A DNA stretch of 64,000 nt from Nitrospinae bacterium CG11_big_fil_rev_8_21_14_0_20_45_15. Lineage in GTDB: Bacteria > Nitrospinota > Nitrospinia > Nitrospinales > VA-1. Numbering within the stretch: the stretch's first letter is position 1; each line of letters opens with the position of its first letter. The stretch is from assembly GCA_002787235.1 (NCBI GenBank), contig PCWG01000035.1, positions 101,109 through 165,108 of the forward strand. Direction: 5' to 3'. Below are positions 1 to 10,461 of the stretch, piece after piece. Under the pieces are notes generated by a model. That model searched no databases and was not told the origin of the DNA. It saw nothing but the letters and a program-made list of their open reading frames with translations. The position numbers were made by a program, and so were the translations under genes.

Positions 1-2
1 TC

Positions 3-1088
3 CCTCAATTTATTGAGAATCTTGACAAAATCCGTAAAGGCGAGGCCTCAAAAGAAATCATGTCCGAAGTGCCGGGTCTTTACTATCGACTCGACGGTCA
101 AATCAAATTTAATCCAGAGGACGAGAAAGCGCAAAGCTTGGATCATCTGCCTTTTCCAAAGCGCGACCTTGTTGACCTGAATGACTATTTCACAGCTGCA
201 GACAAAGAGCGGATGACCACCATGTTCACTTCGAGAGGTTGTCCTTATAAATGTACCTTCTGCGATGTCACTGAAAAACAATACCATTACCGCTCAACAA
301 AAATGATTGTTGACGAAATGGAATATATTTTATCGCTTGGAATCAAAGAGATTCATATTTTCGACGACACTTTTAATCTGAACCGCAAACGGGTTATCGA
401 GATGTGCAACGAGATAATTCGACGCGGCGTGAAAGTACGCTGGACCGCACGCGTGCGAGCCAATCCTCTCGACCGCGAAATGCTTCTCCTCATGAAAAAG
501 GCGGGGCTTTCCCGCTTGCACGCAGGTATCGAATCCTTGGATCCTGCGGCCTTGATTGCCATGAAAAAACAAATCACCCTGGAACATATCAAGGATTTTT
601 TCGCACTGTGCAAAGAATTAAAAATTAACACTCTTTGTTATATGATCCTGGGGTTTCCTGAAGAAACCAGAGAATACCGAGAAACATTTTTCAAGACACT
701 TAAAAAACTGAGTCCCACTTATGTATTCATCAATGTTCTGTATCCTTTGGCAAAAACCAAACTTTACGATGATCTGGTAGCCAATGGTTTTTATCCGAGA
801 GATTTATGGGATGACTTCTTCAGGAATCCTGTTCCCAATTTTGAATTACCACCAATGAGAACTCCAGAACTGCAAAAAGAAGTGGTTGAGTTGATGGACA
901 ATGTTCACAAACGATTCTATCTATCGCCGTCTTTCATCATACAAGACTTGCGCAGGAACATGAATCCGAAAATGTTAATGAGGAAAGCCAAAATGGCCAT
1001 GCGTTTGATTTTTGCAAACACCTTGCAAGAAAATGCAAATGGAAGCCATCATTCCTCTCCTTTCCCTGCAAAAACTTCGGCATATTGA
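3..1088 (+). CDS. B12-binding-type radical SAM protein, 5'-truncated by the window edge
   Basis: CxxxCxxC motif in SRGCPYKCTFC; FDDTFN and GIES motifs typical of class B-like radical SAM enzymes; the frame is open from position 3 to the first ATG at 60. Confidence 0.85.
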   Translation, partial: PQFIENLDKIRKGEASKEIMSEVPGLYYRLDGQIKFNPEDEKAQSLDHLPFPKRDLVDLNDYFTAADKERMTTMFTSRGCPYKCTFCDVTEKQYHYRSTKMIVDEMEYILSLGIKEIHIFDDTFNLNRKRVIEMCNEIIRRGVKVRWTARVRANPLDREMLLLMKKAGLSRLHAGIESLDPAALIAMKKQITLEHIKDFFALCKELKINTLCYMILGFPEETREYRETFFKTLKKLSPTYVFINVLYPLAKTKLYDDLVANGFYPRDLWDDFFRNPVPNFELPPMRTPELQKEVVELMDNVHKRFYLSPSFIIQDLRRNMNPKMLMRKAKMAMRLIFANTLQENANGSHHSSPFPAKTSAY

Positions 1089-1169
1089 TTCATAAAAAAT
1101 CTGTTAAAACTAGCCAAAAACCGTCAATACTTGTTGCGAGAGTTTGTGATAAAAAATATCAGAGAATGG

Positions 1170-1545
1170 GTTATTCGCTCTCAAACAGAATTATCGATGA
1201 TTATCTAAAAGAATAAAGCAATCCTGAAAAATATTTTGTGTAGTTTATGGATATCTTTTTCCTGTTAAGTCTCATTAGCCCATTCTTCAATATCGCTTTT
1301 TTCCAAGTCTGGAATTTACCATGTTGCCCAGTTTTATCACAAACCATTCGCCTGTTTATTCCAATTCTTATTAGCCTACAATTTGTTAGCAAAAGAACAC
1401 AATTTCGGGGCACTAATAGCTTGGTTAGCCCATAGGCGATTGATACTCGCCGCCATTCACCAGGCCCGTTAGTTTGAGATTGTTCTGGACTTGGTTTTCG
1501 CCTATGATTGCGATATCGAGAATCCTTTTGCCTTACTTATCAAGA
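1170..1545 (-). pseudogene. Possible decayed class I SAM methyltransferase
   Basis: The minus strand reads *GKRILDIAIIG (motif I-like) near 1530 and, in another segment, VLLLTN...KNGL...KYFSGLLY, resembling a methyltransferase C-terminus; stops and frameshifts lie between them. Confidence 0.3.
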
Positions 1546-1610
1546 TTTATCGCGAAAAAAATCCGCAGAAAATACCCTGATAAAGCATTTTAATTTTCTA
1601 AACAGAAAAA

Positions 1611-4091
1611 ATGAATACCTCATCTGACACCACACCACACTCAGAACCCATAATAAATCTGACACAAGCCACTTCTGCTAGCCTATCCGACGACGTCACC
1701 CCCAATGAAATACTAATTGCACGAAAACGAGAACTCATTTTGTTCAATGGGTTTTTCTATGGCGTTCTATTTTTTCTGTACACCCTTTGTGGCTTACTAT
1801 ATGTAAATAAAGGGAACTCTATTGCGTGGAATGGAATAACAGAGGAGGGAGAATGGATTCTTTATGCCTGTTTATTCTCTTTGTTTCCTATTATTGCTGT
1901 AATCATCAGTCACTTGGCTGATCGCAAGGACCCGGAAAATCTTTCCTCATTTTCCACCACTATGTTTGTTTGGAACGGATCGGTAGTTTCCGGTTTAATG
2001 ATTTATCTATCAGGCTATCCGCTTCTAAAGGCCGCAGGGCTAGAAATTTTTAGAATTCCAAGTATGGGTCTGTTCATGCTCACAGGAATTCACCCCGAAG
2101 AGCTACAGATTACCTGCTTAATCCATTTTTTTGGCCTATTTCTTTTGGGAAATAATAGAATCGGAAGTTTCGTCCGCTGGACTTTCCCCTACCTTAGAAT
2201 TCCAATCTTAACATTAGTTCCCTTACTTTTTTGTTCCTTTTTCATTATCTATTCCCCATATGCCCCCCATTCTTATCCTATCAATTATATTCTGGAGGTA
2301 TTAAAGCACGAGACCTTCTTCATTTTTTTAAAGATTGGAGGAGCTATTACAGTTGGATGCTTGATTTTTGCCGTTTTTGAAAACCAACTTTTAAAATCAA
2401 AACCAAAGCTTCACCTATACATGGGGCGAGTCTCATTAGGAGTGGCCTTGACATTTTGCCTCCTGCTTTTCGACTTTAATCTCGTTGGCGATGCGCGCCA
2501 TTACAGTGCCGTTCTAGGCCCCGCTCTTCATCTCAAGAACGGGGGAATCCCTATGGTGGATGTATTTAGTATCTATGGATTTCTCCCTTACGTCATCATG
2601 TACTGGGCAGTTGATATTTTCACGATGACTTATTCCACAGGGGCTTTAGTGGTTAGGTATTTTAATGTAGCCCTCTTCATGGTCATTGTTATTTTAATCT
2701 ACCGGCTATGCTCGAAACGGTTCACAGCCTGCTTGATGATTTTACCCATGCTACTCCTGTACTTGATGATGGCTGATGGAGATAACTTGGCAAAATTTCC
2801 CTCCGCATCGGGGTTGCGTTATCTTATTCCCGTATCGCTGGCACTGGCTTTTTCATTTCTACCAATAGGCAAAAAACACAATTTTTGGACCCTGGGTTTA
2901 TTGACCCTCTCCTCCTTCTGGAGTGTGGAAACATTTGGCATGACTCTGTGCACTTATCTATTTTTCATCGTCGCCGCGGGAGTTTTGCAAAAACAAATAT
3001 TTTCAACTCTGGGGCACCTATTGCTGTTGCCGCTAACAATCGGAGCCGCACACTTGGCATATGCCGGTTATATGCTGATCCGCTACGACACCCTGCCTCG
3101 ATTCGACGTCTATTTACAAATATTCGCATCCTCTCGACCCACCGTTACCGATGGAACCACTTTTTGGTCCATGGCAATTCCGGTAAATTTATGGCTTTGG
3201 GCGATAAATGCCGTTGTCTACTTTATGCTTATAGTTTATATCTTGCATCAAGCACTAGAGACCAAGTCCAACAACCTGACAGAGGAAAATTGGAGGCTGG
3301 TAAATCGAGTACTGCCCACAGTGGCTGTGGGTATTTTTATGCTAATTTATTTTGTCGGTCGCTCTCACCCCTCAGGTTTGGTTATGGCAGAACTGCCCTT
3401 ATTTGTTGCGGGTTTGACCACATTAGACCTGTTGTTCTCCAAGAGCCTAAAATCCTGTATTTCCAAATGGTCTTTCCTTGTGGTTTTTTTAATCGCCTTC
3501 CCCCTGTTAACAGCAATCGGCCTGCATCGTTTCACTCCGCCCCTAAGTACACACTCAGGAAATTCGACTATTCTGAGACAATGCTACATGCCATCCGGTT
3601 GTCAACCACAATCCATTTACAAACATATCAGCGAGACCCTAAAAAAGAAGATGTATTTACACCCTGGTTCACACCCCGACGCACTTCTTTTAGCAATCCT
3701 TAAAGACACTCATCAAATGATAGAACTATTACAACCCAATCAAGATAAAATTCTTTTGCTAAATTCATATGGCATGCACGGTTTTCCTTATACAACAACC
3801 TCCCTAATGTATGCCAACAAAGGACATCGGCTTCCCATTTCAAATACCATAGAAGATGAATTAGCCCCTAAGGTTTACAATAAAATTTTTGCCGCCCTTG
3901 ACGGTCTTCAGGAAAATGAGATTCTTATCACACTTAAAGACAGTATGCCCCTTTTTCGATTTGAGCAATCCATCCTTGATAAAATCAAGGAAAAATGGAC
4001 TTTATGCCCACTACTACATTCTAAGAATGGTGTTGTGGCATACCGGTTAAGTAAAAGTAACGAATGCAAAAATTTGAATATAGTACCCTAA
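1611..4091 (+). CDS. Large polytopic membrane protein, putative GT-C-fold glycosyltransferase
   Basis: 826 aa with many hydrophobic helices and a soluble C-terminal region; located in a glycan locus; no diagnostic motif recognised. Confidence 0.55.
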   Translation: MNTSSDTTPHSEPIINLTQATSASLSDDVTPNEILIARKRELILFNGFFYGVLFFLYTLCGLLYVNKGNSIAWNGITEEGEWILYACLFSLFPIIAVIISHLADRKDPENLSSFSTTMFVWNGSVVSGLMIYLSGYPLLKAAGLEIFRIPSMGLFMLTGIHPEELQITCLIHFFGLFLLGNNRIGSFVRWTFPYLRIPILTLVPLLFCSFFIIYSPYAPHSYPINYILEVLKHETFFIFLKIGGAITVGCLIFAVFENQLLKSKPKLHLYMGRVSLGVALTFCLLLFDFNLVGDARHYSAVLGPALHLKNGGIPMVDVFSIYGFLPYVIMYWAVDIFTMTYSTGALVVRYFNVALFMVIVILIYRLCSKRFTACLMILPMLLLYLMMADGDNLAKFPSASGLRYLIPVSLALAFSFLPIGKKHNFWTLGLLTLSSFWSVETFGMTLCTYLFFIVAAGVLQKQIFSTLGHLLLLPLTIGAAHLAYAGYMLIRYDTLPRFDVYLQIFASSRPTVTDGTTFWSMAIPVNLWLWAINAVVYFMLIVYILHQALETKSNNLTEENWRLVNRVLPTVAVGIFMLIYFVGRSHPSGLVMAELPLFVAGLTTLDLLFSKSLKSCISKWSFLVVFLIAFPLLTAIGLHRFTPPLSTHSGNSTILRQCYMPSGCQPQSIYKHISETLKKKMYLHPGSHPDALLLAILKDTHQMIELLQPNQDKILLLNSYGMHGFPYTTTSLMYANKGHRLPISNTIEDELAPKVYNKIFAALDGLQENEILITLKDSMPLFRFEQSILDKIKEKWTLCPLLHSKNGVVAYRLSKSNECKNLNIVP

Positions 4092-4123
4092 ATTCAATAA
4101 ACCTCGTTCAACTAATTCCCATT

Positions 4124-4648
4124 ATGAAAGCTTATCAGCCCATCACAGCATTGTACTTCACGTTACTTCTGTTGGTTGCCGCTTGCGTACGATTATCCGA
4201 AAACAACATTCCTGTAAAATTCGACCAGGCCATTCTATCGATAAGTGGCGGGGGAAATGCTGAAAAATCCATCAAGGCACCCTCCCCGCAATTTGCTTTT
4301 GATTCTAATGAAGAAACCTCATGGACCCATGATAATAATACATCTGGCTGGATAAAAATTGACTTTCAAACCAATCATACGCAAAGTATTACTAGCTTAG
4401 AATTCCTTCCAGCTCATAGATCATGGTCGCATGCAGGAATAAAAAACTTTGCTTTCGAAGGTAGCGCAGATGATTCCACATGGGAAGAACTTCTCCATGG
4501 AACTGCAAAAGATGAATTCACCTTCCAAAAATTCCATATTATATATGATCATAAGGCCTATCGTTTTTACCGCTTGAGAATTCTAGATTCTTACACCAGC
4601 CATATTGGGATTAGTGAAATAAAACTAGAGGGGAAATTTATCCAATAA
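4124..4648 (+). CDS. Exported discoidin / F5/8 type C domain protein (possible lipoprotein)
   Basis: Start re-called at ATG 4124 (MKAYQP...LLLVAAC signal or lipobox); WIKIDF, FEGSADDSTWEEL and YRFYRLRI motifs of F5/8-C domains. Confidence 0.75.
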   Translation: MKAYQPITALYFTLLLLVAACVRLSENNIPVKFDQAILSISGGGNAEKSIKAPSPQFAFDSNEETSWTHDNNTSGWIKIDFQTNHTQSITSLEFLPAHRSWSHAGIKNFAFEGSADDSTWEELLHGTAKDEFTFQKFHIIYDHKAYRFYRLRILDSYTSHIGISEIKLEGKFIQ

Positions 4649-4731
4649 CAATCATTCAGAGTTATAGTCAAATGTGGTGTATGCCGACATGATCAGGCGG
4701 CACTCCTTTGAAGTTTGACTGTTTCCTCATC

Positions 4732-5796
4732 TGTGAAAGTCATGACTTGGGTTGACAAGTTTTGTTAGATTATAACTTTTCAACTGGAGGCAATGACATG
4801 ACCGTATCCGAAAGAGAAATCAAAAGAAAATTGCGTGTTCTAACTCACGCCAAGGAAACAGGAAACATTTCGAAGACCTGCCGTTTCTTTGGTATTTCTC
4901 GGCAATCTTTTTACATTCGAAAACGCGCTTACGAAAAATTTGGAGAACAGGGACTGGCTCCTAAAAAACGCGGTGTCTCCTCAGAAAACTCGAGTCTTAA
5001 AACTTCCTCGGAAATCGAAGCAAAAATCCTTTATATCCGTCGCAATTATCATCTGGGACAACTTAGAATCTCTTGGTATCTCAAGCGTTATCATGATATT
5101 AAAATCTCCGCTGGGGGCGTTCATAATGTTCTTAAACGGCATGGATTAAGCCTTCTTCCAAAAAATCAGAAAAAGAAGGCCCTCAAAACAATCCGCTATG
5201 AAAAACAAGTCCCCGGTCATCATATCCAAGTAGACGTCAAGTTCCTTATCTTTCCTCAGCCAGATGGATCGAAAATCAAACGCTTTCAATATACGGCTAT
5301 TGACGATGCCACGCGTATTCGGGCTTTAAAAATCTACGAAAAACATAACCAGCAAAATGCTATCCATTTCATTGATTACGTTGTTGAAAAGTTCCCTTTC
5401 CGTATCCAAACGATCCGGACAGATAACGGGCACGAATTCAAAGCAAAATTCCATTGGTATATCGAGGACTTAGGAATGCGACATGCTTATATAAAACCCA
5501 GGACCCCCAGACTCAATGGTAAGGTCGAACGCTCGCATAGAACAGATCAGGAAGAGTTCTATCAATTATTGACCTATACGGGGGATGTTGATTTAATGAA
5601 AAAACTAACGGTCTGGGAAAACTTTTATAACTTTGATAGACCCCACGGTGCTTTTAAAGGAAAAACGCCTTATGAAATTCTAAAAGAAAAATTAAAATAA
5701 AAGTAGCAGAACCTGTGTACCCTGTGCGTAAACTGCGAAGCAGTTTTCCACAAGTGCACAGGTATGAAACTGTCAACCTAGATTTTCGTCATTACA
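4732..5796 (+). mobile_element. IS481-family insertion sequence
   Basis: TGT at 4732 and ACA at 5794-5796, with GGTTGACA at the same offset (19-26) from both ends; an alternative left TGT lies at 4673; no target duplication found. Confidence 0.75.
4798..5700 (+). CDS. IS481-family DDE transposase
   Basis: N-terminal HTH; QVDVK, TDNGHEF and NGKVERSHRT integrase-core motifs; GGAGG RBS upstream of ATG 4798. Confidence 0.92.
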   Translation: MTVSEREIKRKLRVLTHAKETGNISKTCRFFGISRQSFYIRKRAYEKFGEQGLAPKKRGVSSENSSLKTSSEIEAKILYIRRNYHLGQLRISWYLKRYHDIKISAGGVHNVLKRHGLSLLPKNQKKKALKTIRYEKQVPGHHIQVDVKFLIFPQPDGSKIKRFQYTAIDDATRIRALKIYEKHNQQNAIHFIDYVVEKFPFRIQTIRTDNGHEFKAKFHWYIEDLGMRHAYIKPRTPRLNGKVERSHRTDQEEFYQLLTYTGDVDLMKKLTVWENFYNFDRPHGAFKGKTPYEILKEKLK

Positions 5797-5829
5797 TATG
5801 TCAACAAGATTAAACCAATGAACCTATTG

Positions 5830-7386
5830 CTATAAATGTTTTTTGATACTTGCTGTAAATCCTAACTTCCAAAAGATCCAACCCACAGGTCCCCGAATCA
5901 AAGAAAAATCACCCATTTTCACATGAGAAATACCTCTTCTAATCAACCAAATAGCGCGAACAAACCATAATACAATAGGAAATTGTATTTGTGACTTTTT
6001 GCTAGGCTGGACGAATTTCAGTAAAAAATCATATACAAATCTGGGTGGCTTCCATACAGGGAGTAAAAATACCAAAATGGTTGCCACGGTTGGAATATTC
6101 TCAAGATAATTTGCTGATATTTCCTCAACGGAGATATTCATATCTAAAAACTGGCTCTCCAACACAGTATTGGGAATAACTTTTAACGAAAAAACATTCA
6201 AAGTATAGGGCCTAGGCATATAATACAACATGTTTAACGTATCCAATACATCTTGTCTAGTTTCAATTGGGTTATCCAAAATAATATCAAAAGCCGGGGG
6301 AATCATTTTATCGGAAAACTTGGAAAGGATTCCCGCCGCAGAATGAATTAAGCCTAGTTTATTAGGACGCTCATAAAATTTCAGAATCCGGTCACTACCA
6401 CTTTGCACCCCCATCCTAACTCGATTTAATCCAGCATCTACCAAAAACTCCATTTTTTCTTCATTAACAAAGCTAGGGATTACCCCCTGCACACAAAATG
6501 GCATGGCGACTTCTCTTTTCCATTTATCACAAAACTCCCTCAAAAGGTTCTTCGGAAGTGCCATAAAACTATCATCATGAAAAATTACTGTAGAAACATG
6601 CGGATGCTTCTGACTAACCAATTTTAGTTGATTGACTAAATAATCTACCGATGTATGCCTAATTTTGGTGTAATTTTTATCATTTTCGATAAATTTGGTA
6701 TTACCACAATAAGTACATTTATATGGGCATCCAATGGACCAAACAGTATTAAACCCCAAACCATTAAAATTTAAATAATCTAACACCGTCATTTCTGAAA
6801 AACCTCTTCCCGCTTTAAAAATCAACTCATCTTCACCATATAAAGGCAATGGAAACTTTTCCATTTCTTCATTTGTAGCAAGCGGAAGAAAATCATTCCT
6901 AATAATTTCCTCCCCTTTTCTAAACCAAAAATTTCTACAATTAAAGTAATCTCTACCCTCCCTATAGCTATTTAAAAATTCCTCAAAAGCAAATTCCCCT
7001 TCACCTGTACATATTGCATCGGCATGAGTTATAGCGTCTTCAGGATGAATTATGGGATGGATCCCCCCCCATACAATAAAAACTCTTGGGTTTAGAAGTT
7101 TAATTTCCTTAATCAATGATTTTGTCATTTTTGAATAACCCGTCATTGAAGAGAAGCACACCATATCTGCTTTTGCTAAAGGTTCTGCAATTTCCCGTAC
7201 CAATCCAAAATCCATTTCCTCTATACTACCGGTTTTCCCCAAAAGCATGTTTACCGGAGAGGAAAAATTATTAAGGGTTAAAAAAAAATTCTTCGTATCG
7301 GGATGAATGGATCTAGCAAACGATGCCATTTTTCTAAAGCCCACGGCAATAATGCTATCCTCCTGGTTAACAAAGTGAATTTTCAT
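5830..7386 (-). CDS. B12-binding domain radical SAM protein
   Basis: N-terminal FSSMT...WGGIHP cobalamin-binding-like region; GCPYKCTYC; FHDDSF; GVQSGS; visibly AT-rich. Confidence 0.88.
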   Translation of the reverse strand: MKIHFVNQEDSIIAVGFRKMASFARSIHPDTKNFFLTLNNFSSPVNMLLGKTGSIEEMDFGLVREIAEPLAKADMVCFSSMTGYSKMTKSLIKEIKLLNPRVFIVWGGIHPIIHPEDAITHADAICTGEGEFAFEEFLNSYREGRDYFNCRNFWFRKGEEIIRNDFLPLATNEEMEKFPLPLYGEDELIFKAGRGFSEMTVLDYLNFNGLGFNTVWSIGCPYKCTYCGNTKFIENDKNYTKIRHTSVDYLVNQLKLVSQKHPHVSTVIFHDDSFMALPKNLLREFCDKWKREVAMPFCVQGVIPSFVNEEKMEFLVDAGLNRVRMGVQSGSDRILKFYERPNKLGLIHSAAGILSKFSDKMIPPAFDIILDNPIETRQDVLDTLNMLYYMPRPYTLNVFSLKVIPNTVLESQFLDMNISVEEISANYLENIPTVATILVFLLPVWKPPRFVYDFLLKFVQPSKKSQIQFPIVLWFVRAIWLIRRGISHVKMGDFSLIRGPVGWIFWKLGFTASIKKHL

Positions 7387-7439
7387 TAAATTGACTCAAA
7401 TAAAAATTTGTAAAATTCTATCTTTTTACCCAATAAAAG

Positions 7440-8502
7440 ATAAGTATCCTATTGTTTTATTAAAAGTTCAAGTACAATCGCTCAGGCGAAAAACTAGGGC
7501 AGATAGAAGGCTTATATTTCCCCATTTTCCTTTACCATCCATCGAGATTTTGATCCCTTTTTCTTTCAGCATGGAAGTAAATTCGAAAGATGTAAACTGC
7601 AATCCCAGATCTGTATTAAAAATCTCTAGTCTGCCATACCGTTCAATGGCTTCGTCTATTGCATCAACACAAAAACACGGTCCATAGTAGTTGAAAGTCT
7701 CCACGAAAACCATTTACGCCTACTTCAATCCATAACTGCAATCAAATACAAAAATCCCCGCTTGATAGAAATTATATCTGTACACCAGACTTGGTTGGCC
7801 TGCGTGATACCCAGATTTCTGAGGAGATACGTACAGCCGATGCTGTAGATTGGGAAAACTTGTGCGAGGTTCCTGCACAGATGGCATGCAAGCCCATTAT
7901 ACGCATCAAACGTCGAATTCGATGACGACCCACAAAATACCCCTCTGTAGTCGCAGCTGCCGTTCCATCTGGCACCTACGTAATAGAGCGTGCCATAAAT
8001 TGCTCGTCAAACAAACGCATCAACTTTAAATTGAATGGAGATTCACCCTTGAGATCAGAATGCCAGCCGGAACGAATAATCACATTGAGCCTGAATACTC
8101 AGATTTTTGTTAGATGGCTCCATCATTTCCTGACGCCACCTAACACAAACTGGATGGAGACATCTTACAAAAAATCAATTTCTACGTTCTGTTGCGCAAT
8201 TTTGGCATGCAAATTTTTGTGTTCAGCTTTATGAACCGCGCCCTGCAAGATTCTCGGGTTTCCCTGAAAAATCAGCTTCATTTGTTGACAGAACATCGCG
8301 TTTCTATCGGGTGAATAACAGTTGTGTAACTCCAAACTTGTAGGCCAGTTTCGAGTTGGAAGCCTCCTCTTGAATTACAAACAAAGAAACTTTTACCTTG
8401 AAACAGGCAGTGTGATTTTTCGTGTTCAACTCATATTCATGACCCTCCTTAGATCATAAATTATAAATTAACACTCCGTCCGAATTTCTAGGACCATCTC
8501 TA
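7440..8502 (-). pseudogene. Degraded IS3-family element (orfA/orfB fragments)
   Basis: Integrase-core fragment EIFNTDLGLQFTSFEFTSMLKEKGIKISMDGKG at 7468-7713; orfA-like LHAKIAQQNVEIDFL near 8170-8215; IR-like AGATGGTCCTAGAAATTCGGACGGAGTGTT on the minus strand at about 8470-8499; multiple stops and frameshifts. Confidence 0.8.
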
Positions 8503-8779
8503 TTTTTATTGGCCTAATCATTTACCCTCTTAAACTACGGCACTGGCTATTGCTAGCCTAAAAGTTAGTATCACCTCCCAGGGCAGAGACAGCCGACAAC
8601 TTCAAATTCGACGCTATCGCCTTTGAGTTCATTCGTTCCTGGCTGACATATAGATTTGTGGAAAAACCGATCCTGTTTGAAAAGTATCGTAGAATCAAAA
8701 CCTAGTTCCAGCTCTGACGTCCGTTGTTTTTTATCTAGGGCTAACTGAGATTACCACTTACATGACCAACGGTTTTTAA

Positions 8780-9232
8780 TGGCTGTTGCCTGAAAATCTA
8801 CATAAGATTGCGCAAGCGCAACGAGACTTTACTTTGAGCTTTTTCGGGGCGATGGCTTGTGATGACGGTAGCGGTAGAGATACCGATTGTGCTCCGAACA
8901 AAATCGCAACAAGATAAATTTCTCTAATTACCGTGTGAGGCGATTATGCCGCCGAGCAATTGTATGCCGGGTTTGAGCTGTTTCAAAAAACTTTAAACTT
9001 CCAATTTGATTGTTCCGGTTTCTGGCATCCGTGCCCCGAACCGGAGAAAACAGTAGCTGAAACCTTAAGTCTTCTAAAAAAATCCAAGATGAATCAGATC
9101 ATACTTATTAGACCGATTTCAATATGGTCCTGCTCTCTACAAACGATCGCTCTTGATTACATGATAAGTTATTCGACGGATCAAATACTGGAGCGAATAA
9201 CACCAAACTTAGAACATTCAAAAGCATCTTAG
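8780..9232 (+). pseudogene. Possible decayed GT2 glycosyltransferase
   Basis: ACDDGSGRDT at 8855-8884 (DDGS motif) followed, after a stop and frameshift, by YAGFELFQKTLNFQFDCSGFWHP, resembling the DxD region. Confidence 0.3.
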
Positions 9233-9518
9233 ACACTTGACAAAAAATTTCGCGCCATCGCAAATAATTTAGGAATCACTTACATTTCGTTTTTGAGTCG
9301 CTTTTTCATTGTTATGAGTGTTTGGCTAGAATTGGAGACGAACTGACGATTATCGATCGTTATCTATTTGGCACCAGTCTTCGCAGAGCTTTTTACAAAA
9401 AAAGTTTTCAAAACACCCCTAAAATTCTACGTTTTTTAGGGGCAATGAGTTAGGATGGAACAGTAGCGTCCCGGAAAAAAATATTCAATCACAAGAAATT
9501 TCTTTAAATCCCCTTGCC

Positions 9519-10442
9519 ATGGCAGAGAAAAAAAATCCTTCACGACTATTCAAAGTCCTTGAAAGGGGACAGGAAACTTTCGCGAAATTCCTGATCTTAT
9601 TTGGATCAGAAGTCCATCTAAAAGATGAAAGAGGACGCACCCCCCTTCATTGGGCTTCTGCAAGGGGACTTAAAGGATGTTGTAATTCTCTTTTGAAAAA
9701 GGGTGCCGATCTAAATTGTATTGATTTCGATGGCAATGCCCCATTGCATTTAGCCGCATTGAGTGGCAAAACAGCAACCCTCTCCTTTCTTTTGGGAAAA
9801 GGTGCCACAATCGATTGTAAGAACAATGCCGGTTTGACCCCTCTTCATCAATGTGCTCTAAATGGAAAGGAAGATTCCGCAAGCATACTTTTGGATCATG
9901 GCACTCCGATTGACGAAAAGAATCCTGAAGGAAAAACGGCTCTGCATTTAGCGATCCAAAACGCCCAAGCTAAAGTTGCCGAATTATTGATGCTTCACGG
10001 GGCTGATATCAAAACGACTGATGAGGAAGGAAAAACGCTCCTGCATGCTCTGGGCTACAGCGGTTCGATAGCACTGGGTGAAATTCTTCTAAACAAAGGG
10101 CTGGACATTAACGCGAGGGACGCTCATGGGGGAACGCCTCTTCACGAAACCGCCAATCAGGGTCATAAGGAAGCGGCTGAATTTCTCGTTAAGAATGGTT
10201 CAGATGTCAATCTTGCAGACATCTCGGGAAAAACTGCCATGCACTTGGCCGCTCAGTCGGACAAACATTTTTTTGGATTAATAAAAAGGCGTCAGCAAGT
10301 TGCTGAGATTTTGATCGCTAATGGTGCGGAAGTAAACGCCAAAGATAATGATGGCAATACCCCACTCCACCTAGCCACTACCGACGAACAGAAAAAAACA
10401 CTGGAAAAACTTTTAAAACGCCGAGGCGGTCGAAAAAATTGA
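9519..10442 (+). CDS. Ankyrin repeat protein (8 repeats)
   Basis: Eight GxTPLHxA-type motifs at about 33-aa spacing; no signal peptide. Confidence 0.93.
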   Translation: MAEKKNPSRLFKVLERGQETFAKFLILFGSEVHLKDERGRTPLHWASARGLKGCCNSLLKKGADLNCIDFDGNAPLHLAALSGKTATLSFLLGKGATIDCKNNAGLTPLHQCALNGKEDSASILLDHGTPIDEKNPEGKTALHLAIQNAQAKVAELLMLHGADIKTTDEEGKTLLHALGYSGSIALGEILLNKGLDINARDAHGGTPLHETANQGHKEAAEFLVKNGSDVNLADISGKTAMHLAAQSDKHFFGLIKRRQQVAEILIANGAEVNAKDNDGNTPLHLATTDEQKKTLEKLLKRRGGRKN

Positions 10443-10461
10443 TTTAAAAAGGAAAGAGAGT

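Noticed and set aside
4732-8502. Composite transposon formed by IS481 and the IS3 relic
   Set aside because: The two elements belong to different families, the IS3 is decayed, and there is no shared target duplication.
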